64,000 bases of DNA from an uncultured Chlamydiae bacterium (GTDB lineage Bacteria; Chlamydiota; Chlamydiia; Chlamydiales; Parachlamydiaceae): positions 2,944,001 to 3,008,000 of the forward strand of contig CAVWGN010000001.1 of NCBI GenBank assembly GCA_963754655.1, given 5' to 3'. The stretch's first letter is position 1. Every line of letters begins with the position of its first letter. Shown one piece after another: positions 55,835 through 64,000 of the stretch. The notes under the pieces are model-generated. The model ran no database searches. It was not told where the DNA came from and saw only the letters and a list, made by a program, of their open reading frames with translations. The position numbers were made by a program, and so were the translations under genes.

Positions 55835-58645
55835 TTAATCAGCGAGAATGGCTCTTGAAGGACTGATAGGAAGTTCTAACAATAAGCCAGCAGGAAGTTG
55901 ATCTCCAAATATCTGTTCTTGCTCACTTTGAGTCAGTAGCTTTTCTTTCTGTATCCAATTCTCTAAATAGTCTTGAGGATAGGCTGCCAAAATCTTTTGG
56001 ATAATCGCTTCGGAAAGGTTGAGTTCTCGATGATCCGTTTTGCGAGCCAATTGTCTGAGCAAAAAAATCATCGATTCTTTATTTTCTGCAACAGCCTGAT
56101 GCCCTAATAATTGTTCGATCCACTTCGTGGCCACTTCTTTTGGAACCACTTGCCCTGCTGATCCATAGATGAGATGACGTGCGCCAATGCGACCCAACGC
56201 CCAATAATCATCATTTGTTGGAGAATAATGCAGAAGACGATCGACCAAAGCATCTCCCAAACGTATTTTAAATGCCAAATCGAGGCGCTCTAACGATGCT
56301 AAAGCGCGGATTTTTTCGGAATACAAATACAGATCTCCTTTGCGTTTAATGTCAATCTTTCCTGTTTTTTTATCAAAAACAGTTCCAATCACTTCGCTGA
56401 CCAACTGCATTTGTTGTCCTTTATTGAGGCCTCCTGCAATGCGCCGAAAACAAATCCACATTTGGACAAGACATTCAGTCGTCTTAGATGTTTTTAAATC
56501 AGACAACACAATCTTCCACAATTCCTTGATGCGAAAATCATCCAAAGGAAAACCAAATCCAGGACGCAGAAAAAAACCTGCCAAATTCCACCAACGTGCT
56601 TCATGTTCTGCCGAAAGCTTGCGCTGCGGCGCCACTTTCAAAACAGAACTCCAAAGTTCGCGTAATAAGCTCGGACCCCACTCACGGCGTCTCATCCCTA
56701 TGTGGGTCTCTAAGCGTTCCATGATTTGATTCGGCTTAAAACTTGATCCTGACTGAAAAAGAGTCTCTATTGACTCCTTCGCTTGTTCTAGATATCCTTT
56801 TTCAAAAGTCTCATCTCGCACTATCTGTCTTGTCTGAATAAGAGAAGGGTCTTGACCCATTGCCGAACGCACTTGAAATTCTAACTGCCACTTATGCTCG
56901 CTAGTTTGCGAGTCCAGCCAAAGCTCGATTGTTCCAATTGCGGTGAGACGAATGCCAAGGCGAACCGGCAAAGTTGTTTCAAATTCTGATTGACTCTGTT
57001 TTTTTCCAAAACGCAAAATGGTTTGAATAGGAGGAAGAGACTGCATTTCTATTGGATCAATTTCAATAAGACTTCCTTCTTGATCTTGCAAACGAACATG
57101 AGATGTCAAAAGATGAAAAGCAATGGGCATATTGGGCCGCAAAGCAAAAACTTGATCGGGTTGAAAAATTTTTCCTTCTTGCGATCCTCTGGGAAGAAGC
57201 GTCATTGCCTTGCTCGAAATGTGGCCGACCGCATCCTTAACATCAATTCTTAAGTAATAAGTCCTGGGCAGCCCACCTCCAATTGCAACGCCAAATCCTC
57301 GTCTTACCTTTCCATAATAAGCTGCTCCGCGTGCGACGGCTAAATCTAAACTCGAAGAAGTTAAACGTTGGAGGGGTGTTTGAGGAAACCAACATAAAAG
57401 AGCTTGTTCAATGGTACGCTGAAAAATTTCGGGCTTGAGAGTTCCTCCATTAAAAAGAATATAATCAATGCCTTTGCCTTTTTCTAAATCACGAGCCTGT
57501 TGTAGAAAATGAGCTAAATGCTTCGTAATTGAAGGTTCATCTTCATAGGGAAGCCCCATCGTGCGAAATCCTCGACTGCGCCGCAGCTGCAAGGCCTCCT
57601 GTAATGGATAAAGTCCAAAAAAGCCATTTAACAGAAGACTTTCTATTTCTTCGCGTTTGACCCTAACAGCAAGACTGCCTTTAACAACTGCTGATCCTGT
57701 TCCTTGCAGAATCACCATGTAAGCATCATCTGGTTTCACTTCGGGTTGCAACAAGGCTTCTTTTGCAGTACGTGCTTCTGCTTGCAATTGTAGCCATTGG
57801 CTTGATTCGAGCGGAGGATGGCCTGCTTGTTGAAGCTTTTGCTCTAAATAATGCGCTAAAGCAGCATCAATATTATCGCCGCCCAGTAATAAATGATCGC
57901 CAACGGCCATCCGTTGAAAAGCAAATTTGCCATCCTGTTGCTGAATTTCAATTAAGCTAAAGTCAGTTGTCCCTCCCCCCACATCGCATATCAGAATGCT
58001 ATCGTCCGGCTTAAATCGGCTTTCCCATGCCTGTTCATGCTGAGAAATCCAGCTGTAAAAAGCAGCTTGCGGCTCCTCTACAAGGGTGACATGCAAAAAT
58101 CCAGCCAGTCGCGCTGCTTCAACCGTTAGAATGCGCGCCACTTCATCAAAAGAGGCAGGAACAGTTAAAATGACCTCTTGTTCCTCTAGCTCAAGCTCTG
58201 GCTTACCTTTAGCCATGGTGGCATTCCAAGCGTCTCTTAAATGCATTAAATATTTAGCGGAAGCTTCAATAGGGCTTAAGCGTTGCGATACATCAGCTGC
58301 CTCAAGAGGAAGAATTTTGTCCCTTCGATTGGCTGCTACATTGCATAGCCAACTTTTAGCAGATTGCACGAGACGGGTGGGAACACGGGCTCCTTGAAGT
58401 TTGGCAAATTGACCAACAAAATCCGAAGACTCTTCCTTCCATGGCAGTTTAAGAGCACCTGGCGGCCATTCACCTACAGCAGTGAGATAGCAAAAAGAAG
58501 GCAGAGTCAAAAGAGCATCCACTTTGCCTGCCGCTGTTAATTGCGGAATAGCAAAGAGCTGCAAAGGCAATGCAGCTTGTTCTGTATCAATAAATGCCAA
58601 GGCACAATTAGTTGTGCCTAAGTCAATTCCAATAATATAGCGCAT
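55835..58645 (-). CDS. Hsp70/DnaK-like protein with long C-terminal extension (DUF3731-type)
   Basis: IGIDLGTTN, LTVPASFD, EEPQAAFY, DVGGGTTD, LLLGGDNID; C-terminal WWNLAGFFLRPGFG...WALGRIGAR; start at ATG 58645. Confidence 0.85.
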   Translation of the reverse strand: MRYIIGIDLGTTNCALAFIDTEQAALPLQLFAIPQLTAAGKVDALLTLPSFCYLTAVGEWPPGALKLPWKEESSDFVGQFAKLQGARVPTRLVQSAKSWLCNVAANRRDKILPLEAADVSQRLSPIEASAKYLMHLRDAWNATMAKGKPELELEEQEVILTVPASFDEVARILTVEAARLAGFLHVTLVEEPQAAFYSWISQHEQAWESRFKPDDSILICDVGGGTTDFSLIEIQQQDGKFAFQRMAVGDHLLLGGDNIDAALAHYLEQKLQQAGHPPLESSQWLQLQAEARTAKEALLQPEVKPDDAYMVILQGTGSAVVKGSLAVRVKREEIESLLLNGFFGLYPLQEALQLRRSRGFRTMGLPYEDEPSITKHLAHFLQQARDLEKGKGIDYILFNGGTLKPEIFQRTIEQALLCWFPQTPLQRLTSSSLDLAVARGAAYYGKVRRGFGVAIGGGLPRTYYLRIDVKDAVGHISSKAMTLLPRGSQEGKIFQPDQVFALRPNMPIAFHLLTSHVRLQDQEGSLIEIDPIEMQSLPPIQTILRFGKKQSQSEFETTLPVRLGIRLTAIGTIELWLDSQTSEHKWQLEFQVRSAMGQDPSLIQTRQIVRDETFEKGYLEQAKESIETLFQSGSSFKPNQIMERLETHIGMRRREWGPSLLRELWSSVLKVAPQRKLSAEHEARWWNLAGFFLRPGFGFPLDDFRIKELWKIVLSDLKTSKTTECLVQMWICFRRIAGGLNKGQQMQLVSEVIGTVFDKKTGKIDIKRKGDLYLYSEKIRALASLERLDLAFKIRLGDALVDRLLHYSPTNDDYWALGRIGARHLIYGSAGQVVPKEVATKWIEQLLGHQAVAENKESMIFLLRQLARKTDHRELNLSEAIIQKILAAYPQDYLENWIQKEKLLTQSEQEQIFGDQLPAGLLLELPISPSRAILAD

Positions 58646-58686
58646 GAGATCTATCCATAAAAGCACCGATCAATTTAAGGATACAC

Positions 58687-59799
58687 CTATACTAGCAATC
58701 TTTCAGCTGGAACATAAGGATAGCCTAAATCATGGGCAACCGATTCATTAGTGATATGTCCATAACAAACATTAAGTCCTTGCCGCAAACCAGCATGATC
58801 TAATAATGCCTTTTTCCAGCCTTTATTTGCGATCATTAAAGCATAATCTCCCGTTGCATTTGTTAAAGCTTGCGTTGAAGTCCGCGCACACGCACCAGGC
58901 ATATTCGTCACGCAATAATGCACCACTCCATCCACAACATAGGTCGGATCGCCATGAGTTGTAGGTTTGGAGGTTTCCGCACAGCCTCCTTGATCAATCG
59001 CCACATCAACAATGACTGAACCGGGTGACATTTTTTTAATCATCTCGCGTGTAATCAATTTGGGTGCTGTCTTTCCAGGAATTAAAACGGCTCCAATCAC
59101 CAAATCTGCGCGAGAAATCGATTCTTCAATGCTTAAAGGAGAGGAATAAAGTGTTTTAAGTCTTGGGCCAAATAAGGCATCTAATGTTCTTAAACGTGAC
59201 AAGTCTTTATCTAAAATGGTCACATCAGCACCAAGCCCAAGAGCCATACGCGCTGCTTCTGTTCCTACAACCCCTCCTCCAATCACACTTACGCGGGCTG
59301 GCATCACACCAGGCACCCCTCCTAAAAGGACTCCCTTCCCTCCCTTATTGAGCTGTAAACTTGTGGCTCCCACTTGAATGGCAATGCGTCCCGCAATTTC
59401 ACTCATCGGCACTAGAAGAGGAAGACGTCCTTGCACATCTGTCACCGTTTCATAGGCAATTGCAATCACTTTACTATCTATTAACTCTTGAGTTTGAATG
59501 GGATCTGGAGCAAGATGCAAGTAACAAAATAAAATCTGTCCCTCTTTAAGCAAAAGATATTCGCTTGGTTGAGGCTCCTTTACTTTAATCACCATTTCGC
59601 ACTCATAAATCTCTTCTGGTGAATGGACAATTTTAGCTCCAGCAATGGTAAACATGTGATCAGTATAGCCGATTTTATCACCTGCGTGGCTTTGCACACA
59701 AACCTCGTGCCCCGCTTCGACTAATAAACGAACAATGCTAGGAGTTGCCCCTACTCGATATTCATGGTTTTTAATCTCTTTGGGAATCCCAATAATCAT
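58687..59799 (-). CDS. ald: Alanine dehydrogenase
   Basis: MIIGIPKEIKNHEYRV, KVKEP, YLHLA, PMSEIAGR, GGGVVG, DVAIDQGG, YCVTNMPG. Confidence 0.97.
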   Translation of the reverse strand: MIIGIPKEIKNHEYRVGATPSIVRLLVEAGHEVCVQSHAGDKIGYTDHMFTIAGAKIVHSPEEIYECEMVIKVKEPQPSEYLLLKEGQILFCYLHLAPDPIQTQELIDSKVIAIAYETVTDVQGRLPLLVPMSEIAGRIAIQVGATSLQLNKGGKGVLLGGVPGVMPARVSVIGGGVVGTEAARMALGLGADVTILDKDLSRLRTLDALFGPRLKTLYSSPLSIEESISRADLVIGAVLIPGKTAPKLITREMIKKMSPGSVIVDVAIDQGGCAETSKPTTHGDPTYVVDGVVHYCVTNMPGACARTSTQALTNATGDYALMIANKGWKKALLDHAGLRQGLNVCYGHITNESVAHDLGYPYVPAERLLV

Positions 59800-60090
59800 A
59801 ATATCCTCTATCTCCTCCGAGCTAAATGAATGAAATTTAAAAATGATCTTATATGAAATAAACCTCCTAGTCTACCGCAGGTAGATCATTTGTAGCCATC
59901 AGAAAAATGACAGATTATTTTTATTAAAAAGTGAGTCCTCAATCAATTCTATAGTGTCTGTTCAAGGATGAAAGGAGAAGGATGGATTGGGAAAACAATC
60001 TAATAAGTGTATAAAATCTTACTTGATTCTAATAAAATTTTTAGGTAAATTTTTGAAATCTTTATTACTTATCTTATTAAAATTTGATTT

Positions 60091-60987
60091 ATGGGCAAAT
60101 TCATTGTTTTTCTATTGTTGATTTTCTCTCCTTTTTGCCAAGCAGCATACAAATATCAACTTGCCATTTGTGCGATTTTTCAAGATGAAGCACCCTATTT
60201 ACAAGAATGGATCGAATATCATCGATTGATGGGAGTAGAACATTTCTATTTATACAATCATCGCAGCCGCGACAACTATCAAGAGGTGCTTAACTCTTAT
60301 ATCGTTTCTGGATTAGTTGAATTAAAACATATCTCTAAACGTGCTGACAATCTTAAAACTTTTAATCCTATCCAATGCAATTGCTACAACAAGTGTTTAG
60401 ATAAGGCGCGTAGCGTTTGCAAATGGCTAGCTTTTATAGACATCGATGAATATCTACTCCCTCTAAATGACAATACATTGCTAGCCGTACTAAAAGATTA
60501 CGAAATGTTTGGTGGCTTAGGGGTGAATTGGCGCGTATTTGGAAGCTCGCATGTATGGAAGATTCTTCCCCATCAATTGCTCATTGAAGCTCTGACTTGT
60601 TGCACGACCAAAAACTTTCCACTCAATCTTTATGTGAAAAGCATTGTCAGACCTGAATGTGCTTCTCATTTTACGAATCCCCATCTCCCCATTTATTATG
60701 CAGGCTATTTTGCAGTGAATACTGATAAGCTTCCTTTAGATAGAGGAATGTGTAGCAATTATGTTCAAACCAATAAATTGCGCATTAATCACTATTGGGC
60801 AAGAGACGGACAGTATTTCTATGACAAGAAAATTTCTAGGCAAAAAAAATGGGGGGGAACTTGCGGACCAAAAGATGCAGCAAAACACGTGATTCCCAAG
60901 ATCAATGCAGAGCAAGATGAGCTGATTTTGCGCTTTGCTCCAGCTTTAAGAAAGGCTTTGGGCAGGCCGTTAATTACTACTAAATAA
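60091..60987 (+). CDS. Glycosyltransferase, GT92/DUF23-like (GT-A fold), with signal peptide
   Basis: LAICAIFQDEAPYLQEWIEYH...GVEHFYLYN, WLAFIDIDEY (DxD), KSIVRP, LRINHY. Confidence 0.82.
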   Translation: MGKFIVFLLLIFSPFCQAAYKYQLAICAIFQDEAPYLQEWIEYHRLMGVEHFYLYNHRSRDNYQEVLNSYIVSGLVELKHISKRADNLKTFNPIQCNCYNKCLDKARSVCKWLAFIDIDEYLLPLNDNTLLAVLKDYEMFGGLGVNWRVFGSSHVWKILPHQLLIEALTCCTTKNFPLNLYVKSIVRPECASHFTNPHLPIYYAGYFAVNTDKLPLDRGMCSNYVQTNKLRINHYWARDGQYFYDKKISRQKKWGGTCGPKDAAKHVIPKINAEQDELILRFAPALRKALGRPLITTK

Positions 60988-61066
60988 AATCTAGCTTTGA
61001 TGGATACTAAATATTCAGCATTAATAAAAGCATTAAATGGACACGGTTCAAAAAGAGTGAATTTTG

Positions 61067-61392
61067 GGTAACATGTTTATGCCGTCCTTTCAGGACTCGA
61101 TGTCTTTTTGATAGAACCCAGGCCTCCGCTTCGCTGCGACCTGGGCTGTAATAGGCCGGCCCTTCAGGCCTTAACAAAAAGATGATTTAGGGACTATGGA
61201 AGAGGGACTTAAACATCTCTAAGGCTATTTAGGGGCTATAGAAAAGGGACTTAGACATCTTTTTGTTAAGGCCTGAAGGGCCGTCATGTTACAGCCCAGG
61301 TCGCAGCGAAGCGGAGGCCTGGGCTGTATCAAAAAGACATTGAGTCCTGAAAGGACGGCATAAACAAGTTACTTTCAATTGAACTATGCCAT
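61067..61392. repeat. Family-D REPIN-like palindrome with internally duplicated spacer
   Basis: Same arms as 44877-45170; the spacer TTTAGGG(A/G)CTAT..AA.AGGGACTTA.ACATCT occurs twice. Confidence 0.88.
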
Positions 61393-61542
61393 TAAATAGT
61401 ATCAATTAACTAAATTTTATACGCTGGAAACTGCAAAAAATAATTGTAGAAAATGAATAAAATTGATACGATTCGTCGCTTGTTAACTTATTAATATCTG
61501 CCCTTCAAAAATCTGACTCTATTTTCAAATTCAAGGAAAAAT

Positions 61543-62046
61543 ATGAAAAAACTTTTTTTATTTTTTATAGTTTTTATTTTCGGATCCATGCACCCAATTT
61601 ACGGTGGGATTGATAATTCTGGCACATTTAATCTTATTAACTCTACTTGTTGGGGTGATATAGTAAACAACAAAATGGGGGTTATTGAAGGTAAAGGTTC
61701 AATATTTTTAGGAATAGTCAATTATGGCACTGTCAATTTAGACGACTGTACAATAAAAGCAGAATGCAAATCATTTGGACAACTAAATGCTTTGAATACC
61801 TCATTCCAAAGGAATGTAATTATTTGTGATGGTCAAACAATTCTGGATAGTTGTAAATTAGAAAATTTATTTATAAAAGACGATCTTGAAGATACTCCAT
61901 CTTTACCTCAAGTTATCCTGCAAGGTTCCACAACAATTAGCGGATCAATTGTTTTTACAACGGGTCAAGGAAGAATCTATAAAGGTCCTAATGTTGTGAT
62001 TTTAGGACAAGTCGTAAATGGGTCTATTACAAATTTGAATGAGTAA
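61543..62046 (+). CDS. Small exported hypothetical protein, beta-solenoid-like
   Basis: Signal peptide MKKLFLFFIVFIFGS; repeating G/N/I/V beta-strand pattern; AAGGA RBS. Confidence 0.7.
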   Translation: MKKLFLFFIVFIFGSMHPIYGGIDNSGTFNLINSTCWGDIVNNKMGVIEGKGSIFLGIVNYGTVNLDDCTIKAECKSFGQLNALNTSFQRNVIICDGQTILDSCKLENLFIKDDLEDTPSLPQVILQGSTTISGSIVFTTGQGRIYKGPNVVILGQVVNGSITNLNE

Positions 62047-62137
62047 ATTTATACCAACCACAAAAGTTATCATTCATTATGATAAAAATGAAACTGTTCA
62101 TGTTATTCCCTCGGATCCATTTGCAATAATAGATTAA
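62039..62137 (+). pseudogene. Remnant C-terminus of a polymorphic-toxin domain (Ntox50-like)
   Basis: Reads MSKFIPTTKVIIHYDKNETVHVIPSDPFAIID*, resembling the TTxxxIHYSKxGxHIVP C-terminal motif of toxin-50 RNases. Confidence 0.5.
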
Positions 62138-62181
62138 AATTTAATACATTCAGTTTAAATAAATAAAATATAGTTATTAAG

Positions 62182-62514
62182 ATGGTTGGAGAAGAATATC
62201 TCAATATGCAAGAGCATCTTCTATACATCACAAATTTAATTGTTGAAGAGATGAATTCACTTAGTAAAATTAGAGTGGTAATGGCTATGTGGAATACACT
62301 TGAAAATATAGCTCAAATAACCTTTTATTATGCTGGTGAAGTGACCGAGGATGAGTAGAAGATTTTTTCGATTGCCAATGCAGAAATTATTGCTCATTAC
62401 TCAAATGCCAGATTAGAGGAGAATTTTATTCGCTTGGATTATCCCAACCCTCTTCCCAAAAGTCCTTTTTGGGCATATCAGCGCAGAGAGCAAAATCTAG
62501 TAGATCAAATTTAA
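62182..62514 (+). pseudogene. Disrupted small protein, putative toxin immunity gene
   Basis: 110-codon frame with one in-frame TAG at 62356-62358: ...ITFYYAGEVTEDE*KIFSIANAEIIAHY...EENFIRLDYPNPLPKSPFWAYQRRE. Confidence 0.55.
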
Positions 62515-62529
62515 ATTCTGTCGCTTATC

Positions 62530-63999
62530 TTAAGTGATAAGCGACGCCTCTGGCGTTTCTCTATGCGCAAATTCCAGTGCCAATAATTTGGAAACGCCTT
62601 TTTCCTCCATAGAGACTCCAAAGAGAACATCCCCAATCGCCATTGTCCGCTTGTTGTGGGTAATAATCAGAAACTGGCAACGATCAACAAAGTGTTTGAC
62701 AACGTTGACAAAGCGCTCCACGTTCGTATCATCCAAAGGGGCGTCAATTTCATCTAAAATGCAAAAAGGAGCAGGTTTAACTTCAAAAATGGCGAACAAT
62801 AAGGCCACGGCCGTTAAGCATTTTTCTCCTCCGGATAACAGGCTAATCGATCTCATTTGTTTGCCAGGAGGCTTAGCGCTAATTTCAATTCCTGATTCCA
62901 AAATGTCTTGCTTATCTGTAAATTGCAGATCAGCTTCTCCCCCATTAAAGAGAATTTGAAAATTTTTCTGAAAATTAGCTCGAATGGCCTCAAAAGTCTC
63001 TTTAAAGATCTTATAGCTTTCCTCATCCAACTGTTGGATAATCGTCAGCAACTCCCCTTTTGAATGCTGCATATCTTCGATCTGCTGTTTAAGAAAATGA
63101 TAACGTACCTGATGTTTTTCTAAATCCTCAATAGCCGTTAAATTGACATCGCCGTTATCTTGAATAGACTGACGCAAACTTTTAATTTGCTTTTCTGTTT
63201 GCTCTAAGGAACGATGAAGAGGCAAAGAGAGTTGAAGCGCATCTTCAATGATCAAGTTATAGCGCTCTGTTAGCTCTTCTGCAAGAGCTTGAGACATTGC
63301 ACGTTGATGGGCCAATTGAATATCAAGCTGAGCCAATTCATGTTCAATCCGTTTGAATTCCTCTTGCTGCAAAGTTAGCTGCTGATCTGTATGTTCGCTT
63401 TGTTGGCGTAGACTTTCTCCTTGTTTTTCCAATTCAGCATACTGATTTGTAAAATCTTTTAACTGGTTTTCAAGCAAGGTTAAGTTTTGATGGATGTCCT
63501 TTTCTGCTTGCGTAATTTGCAGTTGCCTCTCATTCAATTCGCCTAATTCATCTTCTATGCGCTGAACATTTTTGTCATGATCCTGCTCTTTGGACTCCAA
63601 TAAATGGTATTGATGCTGCATTTGTTGCCGACTATCTGCTAATTGCTGATAAAGCGTTCCTTTTGCTTTCTGATCTTGTTCTTGTATTCGCAAAGCGCTT
63701 TCTTGCTTGCCAACTTCTTGCTGTAGAAGATCTTTTTCTTGCTGTAGCTTGATAAGCTCCTGCTTAGTATGGGCAAATTCTTGATCTAAAGCTTGAAAAG
63801 CTTTTCTCTGTTCTTCTAAATTTTGCTGTAAAAGAACTAATTCTTGTTCACAATGCGATTGATCTCCCTTATTTTTTTCTTGATCACTTATTACACGCTG
63901 TAAACCAAAGTTAACTTCTACCAACTTCATTTCATCACGTCTGAGCATTTTGTCGACTTCCCCACGCTCTAATTGAAGATGCGAGCGACGATGTTGTAA
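62530..63999 (-). CDS. smc: Chromosome segregation protein SMC, 3' part; continues beyond the right edge
   Basis: Coiled coil then GDVNLTAIE, PPGKQ, LSGGEK signature, ILDEIDAPLD Walker B, IITHN; frame open to the window end. Confidence 0.95.
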   Translation of the reverse strand, partial: LQHRRSHLQLERGEVDKMLRRDEMKLVEVNFGLQRVISDQEKNKGDQSHCEQELVLLQQNLEEQRKAFQALDQEFAHTKQELIKLQQEKDLLQQEVGKQESALRIQEQDQKAKGTLYQQLADSRQQMQHQYHLLESKEQDHDKNVQRIEDELGELNERQLQITQAEKDIHQNLTLLENQLKDFTNQYAELEKQGESLRQQSEHTDQQLTLQQEEFKRIEHELAQLDIQLAHQRAMSQALAEELTERYNLIIEDALQLSLPLHRSLEQTEKQIKSLRQSIQDNGDVNLTAIEDLEKHQVRYHFLKQQIEDMQHSKGELLTIIQQLDEESYKIFKETFEAIRANFQKNFQILFNGGEADLQFTDKQDILESGIEISAKPPGKQMRSISLLSGGEKCLTAVALLFAIFEVKPAPFCILDEIDAPLDDTNVERFVNVVKHFVDRCQFLIITHNKRTMAIGDVLFGVSMEEKGVSKLLALEFAHRETPEASLIT

Positions 64000-64000
64000 A

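Overview
Chromosomal window from a member of the phylum Chlamydiae, most likely an environmental, Parachlamydiaceae/Protochlamydia-like lineage (inferred from gene content and order). The left end is the chlamydial housekeeping block pckG(partial)-mreB-Snf2 <> 3x tRNA-Gly-tig-clpP-clpX, followed by a tandem-GNAT gene. The middle ~29 kb (13.3-42.1 kb) is a type III secretion cluster. It has a translocon/secreted-protein part (two LcrH/SycD chaperones, CopB- and CopD-like proteins, several unknowns, sigma54-type promoters) and an apparatus part (scc4, cdsD, E, G, F, CT668-like, N, O, P, Q, pkn5, C). After it come two divergent paralogous YopJ/CE-clan effector candidates, sulP, der, a second Snf2 helicase, an Hsp70-like gene, ald, a GT92-like glycosyltransferase, a decayed toxin-tip/immunity pair and the 3' part of smc. 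The intergenic DNA holds nested, palindromic REP/REPIN- and MITE-like elements from several sequence families that share one three-hairpin layout. Some are amplified into tandem arrays, and one is interrupted by a complete DDE insertion sequence. No CRISPR array or rRNA is present. All calls come from reading the sequence and recalled family motifs; no database searches or folding programs were run.
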